Part shown: in pieces, positions 22,263 to 32,820 of the stretch
Numbering within the stretch: position 1 is the stretch's first letter
Layout of the letters: each line of letters begins with the position of its first letter
Assembly: GCF_001194135.2 (NCBI RefSeq)
Contig: NC_068982.1
Coordinates: 184,928,501 to 184,961,320, forward strand
Length of the DNA stretch: 32,820 nucleotides
Reading direction: 5' to 3'
DNA from: Octopus bimaculoides
Lineage: Eukaryota
Program-made: the position numbers and the translations under genes
Notes under the pieces: generated by a model
Database searches by the model: none
Told to the model about the DNA's origin: nothing
Seen by the model: the letters and a program-made list of their open reading frames with translations, nothing else

Positions 22263-22300
<38 letters not shown>

Positions 22301-23325
22301 CAGTACTGGCTATTTCATGATAATCCTTGATATGCACTCAAATTCTGTGAAACACACAGAGCTCTATGCTGTATAACCTTTGAGAAAAATAATGACGTTA
22401 GCCATATCCAGTGACCGTTAAGACAGCTTCTGCTTGGTTGAATGTGGTGGACATATTTGGCTATCGGTCACTGCTTGACCATTAGTTGACGGAGATTGCC
22501 AAATGTCGGTAAAATACAGTTTTGCTTATTTTGCTCCTTGAGAGATAACGGTTCAGGTTTGGAAAACCGTTCCTCATTGATTTCCTTTGTGTGTGTAAGC
22601 ATGTTGTGTTTGTCTGTTAATGTATGTGTGTGCATGTGTGTGTGTGTGTGCATATGTGTGTGTATTTAATTTCTTCTTCCACTACTATCTTATACACAGA
22701 TACATGTGTGTGAGTGTGCGTGTATATNNNNNNNNNNNNNNNNNNNNNNNNNNNNNNNNNNNNNNNNNNNNNNNNNNNNNNNNNNNNNNNNNNNNNNNNN
22801 NNNNNNNNNNNNNNNNNNNNNNNNNNNNNNNNNNNNNNNNNNNNNNNNNNNNNNNNNNNNNNNNNNNNNNNNNNNNNNNNNNNNNNNNNNNNNNNNNNNN
22901 NNNNNNNNNNNNNNNNNNNNNNNNNNNNNNNNNNNNNNNNNNNNNNNNNNNNNNNNNNNNNNNNNNNNNNNNNNNNNNNNNNNNNNNNNNNNNNNNNNNN
23001 NNNNNNNNNNNNNNNNNNNNNNNNNNNNNNNNNNNNNNNNNNNNNNNNNNNNNNNNNNNNNNNNNNNNNNNNNNNNNNNNNNNNNNNNNNNNNNNNNNNN
23101 NNNNNNNNNNNNNNNNNNNNNNNNNNNNNNNNNNNNNNNNNNNNNNNNNNNNNNNNNNNNNNNNNNNNNNNNNNNNNNNNNNNNNNNNNNNNNNNNNNNN
23201 NNNNNNNNNNNNNNNNNNNNNNNNNNNNNNNNNNNNNNNNNNNNNNNNNNNNNNNNNNNNNNNNNNNNNNNNNNNNNNNNNNNNNNNNNNNNNNNNNNNN
23301 NNNNNNNNNNNNNNNNNNNNNNNNN

Positions 23326-23359
<34 letters not shown>

Positions 23360-23959
23360 GTACAATGACGACGGATATAGCTCATACTACTGTTGTTGCC
23401 ATTCTTACTGAAATATTGTTTTTTATCATGGACATCCGCACCAATTTACTTACCGTTCGCTACGATAATACGCAACCATCCTCCTGCTGTCTGTTGCGAT
23501 CGCTGCCGCAGTCACTTCCGCTTCCCCATCATGTCCACCATTCATGAGTAATTTCTCTTGTCTCATCTGATGCTCCAAACTAATACTCCGCTTAATCCTG
23601 CCTGACTGAACCTACTCCTTTTTTAGACTCTCATTTCCTTCGTGTGCCTACTTCTCGGATTTTTGCCACCTCCCTTGTACCACTTTACCACCACTCCACC
23701 CGGATTACCATTGGAACTTAATATTTCTCGGGATCTGCCATCATAGATCTTCCTGTACACTGTTGTTGATATGCATGTGTTCTGTGTGTGTGTGTGTGTT
23801 TGTGTACACACACACACAGCACACATGCATACATTCATACATTCACACATTCGCGTGCGGTGGCAAGGTGTTCCGAAAGTAGTGCTGAAGTGGGCCATAA
23901 GTTTCTTTATTAACATAGGTCCATCAAATTGCCTGTGTTAGTAAAATAATTCTTCCATT

Positions 23960-24360
23960 ATCCAAAAGCACTACTCAACATAGTGTCTATCCATTTGTGA
24001 AATCGTTAAAGCCAACTCTAGAATCGTCTTTGAAAAATATCCTATGTGCACTGTTCTCCCTACGTCTTCGCAACCAACTTCGCATCGTCTGCATCATCAC
24101 TCGTTGTCCCTCAAAACTATTCTTCATTGAAGTCAGCACTTGACAGCGGAAGGGTACCAGATCTAGGTTCAACGGTGGATGGGGCCCATTCACCAATCTA
24201 ATTTGCTGGCTGAAGATGTGCAGTAGTTCCATATTATCATGGGGAATGTGGATCACTATCAGATTTTGGTTTGGTGTCTTCCTCATAATAGCTTCTCTAA
24301 TCTTCTCTAAGCCCATGTGCTCACAAGCAGACATAGGGACCCTCTCGTTTTCCGTACTCT
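23960..24360 (-). pseudogene. Third mariner transposase fossil (C-terminal half), same lineage as 5110-5830
   Basis: ORF 23987-24418 contains LEKIREAIMRKTPNQNLIVIHIPHDN (HDN at 24233-24241), PHPPLNLDLVP (~PHPPYSPDLAP, from 24184) and SMKNSFEGQR. A shifted frame gives DDADDAKLVAKT*, and FFKDDSRVG parallels the 5110-5830 copy. Confidence 0.72.
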
Positions 24361-24424
24361 TAGCCCAGTGGAACATCGAGAATCTGACTGAAAGAGGGGT
24401 AGATGGCTGCACCAGCACATTTGC

Positions 24425-24480
24425 TAGGAACTCATTTCAGCTGAGTAGAATGAAACAACGTGAAATACCCGGTCCAGGAA
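24425..24480 (-). mobile_element. CORE-SINE fragment
   Basis: Reverse complement ATTCCTGGACCGGGTATTTCACGTTGTTTCATTCTACTCAGCTGAAATGAGT matches ~16391-16476 with a deletion. Confidence 0.7.
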
Positions 24481-24552
24481 TACACACAAACACCCACACA
24501 CACATGCATACATACATACATACATACATACTGACAGACAGACATACATACA

Positions 24553-24595
<43 letters not shown>

Positions 24596-25168
24596 GCAGA
24601 TATGTGTGATTCTGTGTGCGCTTTTGTGTATATTTCTGAGTTATATATGGATATAGTGACGCAGATAAAAGCTTAAACATATAGCATACGCAAAAAACCC
24701 CACAAATGTACGTACGCACACACACACATACATATACACATACACACACACACACACATCACACTGGCTCACGCACATACAGACACACACAAATATAGAT
24801 TTTTAAGAAATCCACAAGGAAAATAATACACATTCCATTAGGATTCTCATAACGAATGTTTTATGATAGTTCTTGGAAACAATGACGACAATAAAGTAAT
24901 GCACTGATTTATTTCCCTTGTGCTGGCCTCCTGATCAGCAGTCTTGATATATCTTGTTCTTGTTCTTATCACAGTGGTCTTTTGTTGCTTCTTTATTTCC
25001 AACACAAACTTTCCAATACAAATAAAAAGTTGGTCTTGTGACAATCGAACAACTTATAGCAAAAAGAAAAAAAAAGAAAAAAGGAAATGAGTGCATTATA
25101 TGTATGCATGTTTCTCTATATATATGTGTGGGTGTGTCAGTGCGAGCTTGTATGCACGCGCGTACACA

Positions 25169-25212
<44 letters not shown>

Positions 25213-25933
25213 NNNNNNNNNNNNNNNNNNNNNNNNNNNNNNNNNNNNNNNNNNNNNNNNNNNNNNNNNNNNNNNNNNNNNNNNNNNNNNNNNNNNNNNN
25301 NNNNNNNNNNNNNNNNNNNNNNNNNNNNNNNNNNNNNNNNNNNNNNNNNNNNNNNNNNNNNNNNNNNNNNNNNNNNNNNNNNNNNNNNNNNNNNNNNNNN
25401 NNNNNNNNNNNNNNNNNNNNNNNNNNNNNNNNNNNNNNNNNNNNNNNNNNNNNNNNNNNNNNNNNNNNNNNNNNNNNNNNNNNNNNNNNNNNNNNNNNNN
25501 NNNNNNNNNNNNNNNNNNNNNNNNNNNNNNNNNNNNNNNNNNNNNNNNNNNNNNNNNNNNNNNNNNNNNNNNNNNNNNNNNNNNNNNNNNNNNNNNNNNN
25601 NNNNNNNNNNNNNNNNNNNNNNNNNNNNNNNNNNNNNNNNNNNNNNNNNNNNNNNNNNNNNNNNNNNNNNNNNNNNNNNNNNNNNNNNNNNNNNNNNNNN
25701 NNNNNNNNNNNNNNNNNNNNNNNNNNNNNNNNNNNNNNNNNNNNNNNNNNNNNNNNNNNNNNNNNNNNNNNNNNNNNNNNNNNNNNNNNNNNNNNNNNNN
25801 NNNNNNNNNNNNNNNNNNNNNNNNNNNNNNNNNNNNNNNNNNNNNNNNNNNNNNNNNNNNNNNNNNNNNNNNNNNNNNNNNNNNNNNNNNNNNNNNNNNN
25901 NNNNNNNNNNNNNNNNNNNNNNNNNNNNNNNNN

Positions 25934-26137
25934 TATCTGTGTTTGTCTCCCCCACTATCGCTTGACAACCGATGCTGGTGTGTTTATGCCCCCCGTAACT
26001 TAGCGGTCCGGCATAAGAGAACGATAGAATAAGTACTAGGCTTACAAAGAATAAGTCCTGGGGTCAATTTGCTCGACTAAAGGCGGTGCTCTAGCATGGC
26101 CGCAGTCAAATGACTGAAACAAGTAAAAGAATAAAAG
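25934..26137 (+). mobile_element. SINE family A, 3' half (5' half lost in gap)
   Basis: Closely matches 12040-12240. Confidence 0.92.
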
Positions 26138-26139
26138 AA

Positions 26140-26480
26140 AAGAAAAAGCGAGAACGAAAGTGCGAGAAAGAAAGGAGGAAAACAGAGGGAAACTAAGGTC
26201 GGAGGGTGACAAAAAGAGCAAAGGGAAACTAATAAGTGAGAATGCCAAAAACAATGGAAAGTATATGATAGACATAGAAAGGAAGGGAGGGCGGTTAGTA
26301 TTAGAGATAAAACTGGTGAAGCGGAAAAGTAAAGAAAGAGAAGGAGAAAGAAAGTTGGGGATAGATGGAAGAAAATTAAGTTTGAAAAGAAACTTAGAAC
26401 GGTAAAGGAAGAGCATATTGAAAGTAATAGGAAAGAACGGGGGAATTGTAATAAAAATGTTTGTGTAATTATATATGTAA
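26140..26480 (+). repeat. Purine (GA)-rich low-complexity tract
   Basis: Strong A/G skew; produces spurious F/L/S-rich antisense ORFs. Confidence 0.8.
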
Positions 26481-27422
26481 CTGGGAGTGAAAGTGTTGAG
26501 AAAGTCACGTAGTCAGCTGTCAATAGAGAGAGGAACAGGGGAACATTTGAAATCATTGACTGACCAGTGGTAGCACGTATACATCAGTGATTGGCTGTTA
26601 AACAATTGATTCGGATTTTTATTGCTCTTATTCTTGAAACATTGTCTTCCAACTGTAAACATGACAGACACGAAAATATTATCGTAAAAGTAGTTGAGAT
26701 TCTAGCCTGCAAAAAAAATAAAATGAAATAAAATACAAAAAAAAGAAAAAAATGGCGTCGGTTACATCGTTTGCACGTTCGATTATTGAACGGATGGACA
26801 TCTTGTCGAAACAAACCTCGCGTGGTTAAACCGGAAATAAAAGTAAGTTCCAGAAGAGCTACATTAATACTGCTGTCTTTTTTTTGTGGATTTATTTATA
26901 TATTATTTCATTAACACTTCTGCCTTAGGTTGAGGTGGGAGACACGGCTTAAGACTGCTTCTTGTTATTTTTATTTTGTTTTTCATAAGCAATGATGTAT
27001 GAAATTGAAAACTATTGTTATAGGAATGTCCCTTTAATTGAGTGACCAACGTGGTGTGAAAAGAGGTGACGGGGTCAGGATGAAGTGAGGGATGGACGTG
27101 ATTAGAAGCAAGAGTTGGGCATATCGTTGACAAGAATGAGTCAGTGGGTCTGGACTCAACATTGATTTAGCACTAAATATAATGTTATCGAGCACAAAGG
27201 TTGGTGATACTTGACAGAATTGGTCAGGTCCGTGTATAGCATGTTAAAATGCTGTATATGTGTGTATATATATGTAGGGTGGGGAGCGTAACAAATAGAA
27301 AACAAGGAATCAATACGTACTTGAATCATGATTAAATTAGGTTGAATTATTCATAGAGAAAGGCGGTTTCGAAAATGTAATAACATATGTATATGGATGT
27401 CAATATATTATATATTATATAT

Positions 27423-27454
<32 letters not shown>

Positions 27455-27643
27455 NNNNNNNNNNNNNNNNNNNNNNNNNNNNNNNNNNNNNNNNNNNNNN
27501 NNNNNNNNNNNNNNNNNNNNNNNNNNNNNNNNNNNNNNNNNNNNNNNNNNNNNNNNNNNNNNNNNNNNNNNNNNNNNNNNNNNNNNNNNNNNNNNNNNNN
27601 NNNNNNNNNNNNNNNNNTATATATATATATATATATATATATT

Positions 27644-27675
<32 letters not shown>

Positions 27676-28040
27676 AGTGTACGATTGTGTGCATGTGTCT
27701 GTACGTGTGTATATATGAGTGCGTGTATTTGCGTATATGTCTCTTCGTGGGTGCATAAGATTCTGTATCCTAGGTGTGCTTACGTTTCCTATTGAGTATG
27801 TGTGTGGCTACGCGTATGCAAAGATATGTACACAGGCGTTTTATATTCACATATAAACAGAAATAAATATAGGTTGACAACAGTCGTAAAGAATTTCTGA
27901 ATTTAACGTAATTTTATTTAACATGGCATAGAAATAGACTTTTCTCATTACACACATACACATCATAATATACATATCACACATCCATATGCACAGGCAC
28001 AGACAAGCAATGTATGTCCACTGTTTCTTAACGTAACACG

Positions 28041-28139
<99 letters not shown>

Positions 28140-28241
28140 ATTGATATTATACATTTTAACAATATATGTTATAATTATATGTTATAATTATTTGTTTCCG
28201 TCTTGTGCAGAAAGCAAATAAAATAGAAGCTGAAGAGCGAA

Positions 28242-28735
28242 TTTTTTTAATATTAAATTTATTTATTCGATGAGTTAAATTTGTAAGATTCACAGATACA
28301 AAGAAACAGGAAAGAAGAGAAAGGAGGGAAGGAAAGAAAGAAAAGAAAAAAAAGAAAGAAATAGGTGTAGGGTAAAGCGGTGGAAGATCGAGGAAGAGGC
28401 GGGTGATGGGCCACATACTCCAGAACAAATACTGTAGTCAGCCGCGCCCCACGGTAATGACTGCGATGGGCGTTGCCGTGGAGAATGGCCAGCGACACTC
28501 GCAGCATCGGCCATTGCACCTCGTGGGGCTCATTTCTCAGACGAGCCGCCCTTATCCCGATTTTGCGGAGAAAATTGATAGTACAGAGTCCTAGGACACC
28601 TGAGCGTCGACGGCAACCAGCATAAACTGATAGTGGCCAGACAGGTTCCTGTGTTTATTGCTTTTTTCTCTCTTCCACGTAATATGCGAGATACCAGGAT
28701 TTGCAGCAGATGCTGCAAGGTTCCATCTAGGATGA
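28242..28735 (-). mobile_element. 5'-truncated CRE-like non-LTR retrotransposon (restriction-like endonuclease C-terminus, 3' UTR, poly-A)
   Basis: With two frameshifts (~28602, ~28468) the minus strand reads AASAANPG...KREKSNKHRNLSGHYQFMLVAVDA-GVLGLCTINFLRKIGIRAARLRNEPHEVQWPMLRVSLAILHGNA-IAVITVGRG* (stop 28438-28440). This matches the CRE pattern F.PxAVET.G...RLSxAIQRGNA. AATAAA at 28262-28267 and A7 at 28242-28248 follow. Confidence 0.8.
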
Positions 28736-28769
28736 AACAGCTTTTAAAAAATAAGCAGAAAATGCTAAG

Positions 28770-28910
28770 TGGTACTTTATTTATCGATCCTGAACGGATG
28801 GAAAAGTAACATTATCCTCGGAGAGGAATTGAACTCCGAAACTAAAGAGCCGGGACAAATACCACGAATAATTTGGTTTGATACTCTAATAACTATGCCA
28901 AAAATTCCGC
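28770..28910 (-). mobile_element. Old family B SINE fragment
   Basis: GGTACTTTATTTATCGATCCTGAACGGATGGAAAAG...GAATTGAACTCCGAAACTAAAGAGCCGGGACAAATACC. Confidence 0.7.
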
Positions 28911-29785
28911 CAGCAAAAGTCACTGAAAACTGATATAAAATCAATATAAAGTGTACTCACTCACCAAGAATTTCTCTAAAAATAGGAAGTAAATCAAGTA
29001 AATCAATTTAATCAACATTTCTGATCGTCATCAAATAAAGAGTTAATATCATAGGCAAATTTTTGAAGATAAAATATTGTTGTTTTCAAGATGTTTTGAG
29101 TGTCTTTTAAGAAGATGTAAGTGTATTTATGGTAGTAAAGTTTATGGAACCTTTAGTCAAATCTGCTTGATATTAGTCGTAGAATATTCATTTTCGCTGG
29201 ATTGTTATGATTCTCATCTAAACGACTTTATAACTTGTATTGTGTTGTTGAAAGATGAACCAATTCTCTCATCTCCCATATATTCCAATATACTTATTTT
29301 TGCTTCTTTCTTTTCTGCGTGAGTTTTCTATCTTTTCTTTCTTTTTCTTTTTTTTTTTTTTTTNNNNNNNNNNTTTTTTTTTTTTTTTTTTTTTTACCAA
29401 TTGAAATATCCTTTCATTATTCTGTAGATAGCTTTTATTCAATTAGAAATAATGATTATATACTATACAATTGCTATTTCTAAACATACTAGTTTTTAGT
29501 GTTTTATGAGCACTAAATTTCGGCCAGCAGTGAAAGGTAAATTTCTATAAATACGTTCTTCTTTGGTTTGCTTTTACTCAATTAGGAATGTATATTAGCG
29601 AAGGATGTAAACACAGAGAAAACCGAAAAAGGATGTTCTTCAGACGGGGTGTAAAACAATATTTGTTTTACATCAAGTTACGAACACTCAACAATCTCTC
29701 AAGTAGCCAGAAATTCAGGGAATCAGTAAGTAACCTTTACTCAACGACGCTATTGAGGGGGTTAATCGATAAAAAAATCGACTTC

Positions 29786-29902
29786 AGTACTTATTTCTTA
29801 AGTCTGTTTCTTATTCTATCGGTTATTTTAGCCGAGCCGCTACGTTACAAGGGACATAAACAAACCAACATCAGTTGCCAAGCAGTTGTGGAGGACAAAC
29901 AT
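29786..29902 (-). mobile_element. SINE family A, 3' part, minus strand
   Basis: Reverse complement resembles GTTTGTCC...GCTTGACAACCGATG...GTTTATGTCCC...CCGATAGAATAAG. Confidence 0.8.
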
Positions 29903-29959
29903 AAATACAGAGATATACACACATATACATATTCATGCGCGCGCGCGCGAATACACACT

Positions 29960-29993
<34 letters not shown>

Positions 29994-30082
29994 TATGAAA
30001 ATTATAAAGAGTATGGAAACTTGCTCATCCTCGAAATTTATTTTATTTTATTTTATTTTATTTTATTTTACAGCATATTATT

Positions 30083-30168
30083 ATGACATACACGTGTTTC
30101 CACTGCACAGACTGCTGGCAGTTGCAGATGCAGCCTATCACTATTGTAGGTGCAGCTTCTTCAGGGTC
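30083..30168 (-). ncRNA. Second, degenerate minimal hammerhead-like motif with palindromic loop III
   Basis: Minus strand GAC-C-CUGAAGA-AGCUGCAC...GUGCAGUG-GAAA-C-ACGU-G-UA-UGUC. Core is intact, with a 7-bp stem II and the ACACGTGT palindrome (30090-30097). Mismatches at 10.1/11.1 (A.G) and 1.1/2.1 (U.C). Confidence 0.45.
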
Positions 30169-31245
30169 TATCCATTTGGCCAGTCTCGAAACGAACTGAG
30201 TGCAGTTAGTTTTTTTCGTTATTAACAGATTGTCTGTTACAGTCTGTCAGATACCGGCCATGATGAATACCACAAGGTATTGAAAATACGTATTCGCCTT
30301 TATATATTTAATCTTTTATATTGAACACTCAATATTTCATATATTCAATAAGACATTCAATACTTCATTTCATTGAACCATCCATTTTTATATTATATAT
30401 TATATATTCCATATTCTATATCCCACATTAATTTTACAAGAATGTAAATAAAACATAAAAAACAGACAGAGTTGGAACTCTTTTAAATAAAATAACATAT
30501 TCCTCTATACACGATCATACAAAACCCTGTTTTTGTATTTATTTTTACTCACATATATATATATGTGTATATANNNNNNNNNNNNNNNNNNNNNNNNNNN
30601 NNNNNNNNNNNNNNNNNNNNNNNNNNNNNNNNNNNNNNNNNNNNNNNNNNNNNNNNNNNNNNNNNNNNNNNNNNNNNNNNNNNNNNNNNNNNNNNNNNNN
30701 NNNNNNNNNNNNNNNNNNNNNNNNNNNNNNNNNNNNNNNNNNNNNNNNNNNNNNNNNNNNNNNNNNNNNNNNNNNNNNNNNNNNNNNNNNNNNNNNNNNN
30801 NNNNNNNNNNNNNNNNNNNNNNNNNNNNNNNNNNNNNNNNNNNNNNNNNNNNNNNNNNNNNNNNNNNNNNNNNNNNNNNNNNNNNNNNNNNNNNNNNNNN
30901 NNNNNNNNNNNNNNNNNNNNNNNNNNNNNNNNNNNNNNNNNNNNNNNNNNNNNNNNNNNNNNNNNNNNNNNNNNNNNNNNNNNNNNNNNNNNNNNNNNNN
31001 NNNNNNNNNNNNNNNNNNNNNNNNNNNNNNNNNNNNNNNNNNNNNNNNNNNNNNNNNNNNNNNNNNNNNNNNNNNNNNNNNNNNNNNNNNNNNNNNNNNN
31101 NNNNNNNNNNNNNNNNNNNNNNNNNNNNNNNNNNNNNNNNNNNNNNNNNNNNNNNNNNNNNNNNNNNNNNNNNNNNNNNNNNNNNNNNNNNNNNNNNNNN
31201 NNNNNNNNNNNNNNNNNNNNNNNNNNNNNNNNNNNNTATATATAT

Positions 31246-32061
31246 TTCGTTTTCTATGTTCTCGTTTCTCATTGTGTTTAACGTTTTTTTAATGTCCTGT
31301 ACCTATATGTGCATGTATATATACATATATATGTAGGTATGTACATATATGTATGCATATATGCATATATTTACATATTATTTATATTATTATATGATCG
31401 AACGCCACGCATCCTTTTCCAAGTAAGTTTTTTGTCTTAATAATTACGATGCGCACTCTTCTTCTATCTCTACTATCTCTTCTCTGTCTCTCTCTCTCCC
31501 TCTCTCGTTCTTCATCCTTTCTGTTTTTCTCTCTCACCCTTCCCCTATTCTTCTTCTCTCCCCTTCACTGTTCCCTCTTTCTCTCTCACTCTTCCTCCTT
31601 GACTCTCTCGTCGCTGACACACGTGACGAAAGGGGAAATTTCTTTCTGTCCATTGCCTTCCTAAAGAAAAGACGTGCCTTTGCCTGTCTCCTCTCATGGC
31701 TCTTCTTCCTTGCGTTCATAATAATTTTTCCATCATCTTGGCTCATCAGCCCTCACCGTTTGTCTTTACTGTCTTGTTCTCACTGTCCTGTTCTTGTTAA
31801 CACTTTCACCCTCCGCAAAAATCCCAAATTTTATTTAATTTGCTTTGCAGGAAGGACTGTTTCAACGAAGACGCGTAATGTCCTTACCTTCTCTGTTTGT
31901 TTCCCTGTTTGTTTTTTTTTCGTTGTTTGAAAAAAAGTTCGTTTTCTATGTTTTCGTTTTTATGTTTTCGTTTCTCATTGTGTTTAACGTTTTTGTGATG
32001 TCCTGTACCCATATATGCATGTATATATACATATATATGTAGGTATGTACATATATGTATG
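31246..32061 (+). repeat. Diverged ~110-bp direct duplication (31246-31355 and 31938-32061)
   Basis: Shared TTCGTTTTCTATGTT...CGTTTCTCATTGTGTTTAACGTTTTT...ATGTCCTGTACC...GTAGGTATGTACATATATGTATG, with several substitutions and a ~14-bp internal repeat in copy 2. Confidence 0.92.
31460..31610 (+). repeat. CT-rich polypyrimidine tract
   Basis: Direct reading. Confidence 0.85.
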
Positions 32062-32086
32062 TATCTNNNNNNNNNNNNNNNNNNNN

Positions 32087-32149
<63 letters not shown>

Positions 32150-32359
32150 AGAAAATAACTCTGATAAGGATAGCATTAATTCTTTAAAGTCGTACAATTT
32201 TTCTCGGTCGATTAATGGATCGATTGAGTAACCCGATCAGTAAACGAACCTAAATGGTTATCGGAAACAGCTGTAAGTTGAATTAAGCACAATGAAGTCA
32301 TATGTAATGACCATTATTTATACCTTGTCCTTTATATTGATATATATATATATACGTAA

Positions 32360-32820
32360 GACCTTGCTGCATGCAATCAAGCCCTATGCATAGCACTCGT
32401 GGAAACTCACCTCAGCCCTGATATAGAGGATGCAGAAGTACACGTACCAAAATATGTCATACTGCGAACAGACAGAAGGGAAAGGGGCCATGGTGGAGTT
32501 GCTGTATACATCCGTGACGACCTCACACCCCCAGGTCTTACTGTCATAGACAAATTCGGTATGCGACACCCAAATTGTATACATAAGACAACATAATATA
32601 GTCATATGCAATACATATTGCCCACCGGATGCTCCAAACCACATAGGCAAATTTGAAGATTGCCTCACTAGAATTAAAGAAATCCTCATGAAACTGGAAC
32701 ACCATGTGACCATATTTCTTATGGGTGATTTCAACTTCCCCAACGTCAAATGGCCCGAAGGTCTCATACTCTCAGGAATGACTTATCGCAAGCAAGCACA
32801 GGTGGAATGCCTGCTCAACC
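32360..32820 (+). mobile_element. CR1/L2-type LINE ORF2 apurinic-like endonuclease domain, one frameshift, continues beyond the window
   Basis: CIALVETHLSPDIEDAEVHVPKYVILRTDRRERGHGGVAVYIRDDL, a frameshift at ~32545-32552, then NSVCDTQIVYIRQHNIVICNTYCPPDA...IFLMGDFNFPNVKW. ETxL, DR...GGVAxY, YxPP and GDFNxP are APE motifs. Confidence 0.9.

Noticed and set aside
22399-22473. Interleaved complements TAGCCA/TGGCTA and CAGTGACCG/CGGTCACTG (pseudoknot-like)
   Set aside because: The 1-nt connector makes both helices together implausible, and the HDV-ribozyme elements (P3, P4, J4/2) are missing.
26042-26556. Hydrophobic F/L/S-rich minus ORFs resembling membrane proteins
   Set aside because: They are antisense translations of a GA-rich low-complexity tract.
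31743-31749. Another CUGAUGA on the minus strand
   Set aside because: No properly paired stem II/GAAA/NUH or stem I follows. The CTGATGA at ~4270 is likewise incidental within the mariner.

Overview
AT-rich, microsatellite-dense eukaryotic DNA from a gappy short-read scaffold, with 13 N-gaps, most bordered by (TA)n. The tRNA-derived SINE families resemble those I recognise from octopus/coleoid cephalopods (inference, not database-checked). I can support no intact host protein-coding gene, rRNA, tRNA or CRISPR array, and most ORFs in the track are artefacts of microsatellites or Ns. The window is a transposon graveyard. It holds about 20 SINE copies of several families, some nested with target-site duplications. 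It also holds an internally deleted Hsmar1-like mariner with TIRs and TA duplication, two or three further mariner fossils, an RTE 3' fragment, a 5'-truncated CRE-like element, and a CR1/L2-type endonuclease running off the right edge. The most interesting signals are non-coding. Two unrelated minimal type-I hammerhead-ribozyme-like motifs lie on the minus strand (660-751 and 30083-30168), each with a branched insert in stem II. A 94-bp near-identical duplication (14064-14157 / 15361-15454) folds as H-box/hairpin/ACA. There is also a foldback element with a perfect 35-bp inverted repeat and a cluster of TAATCC/GGATTA sites.
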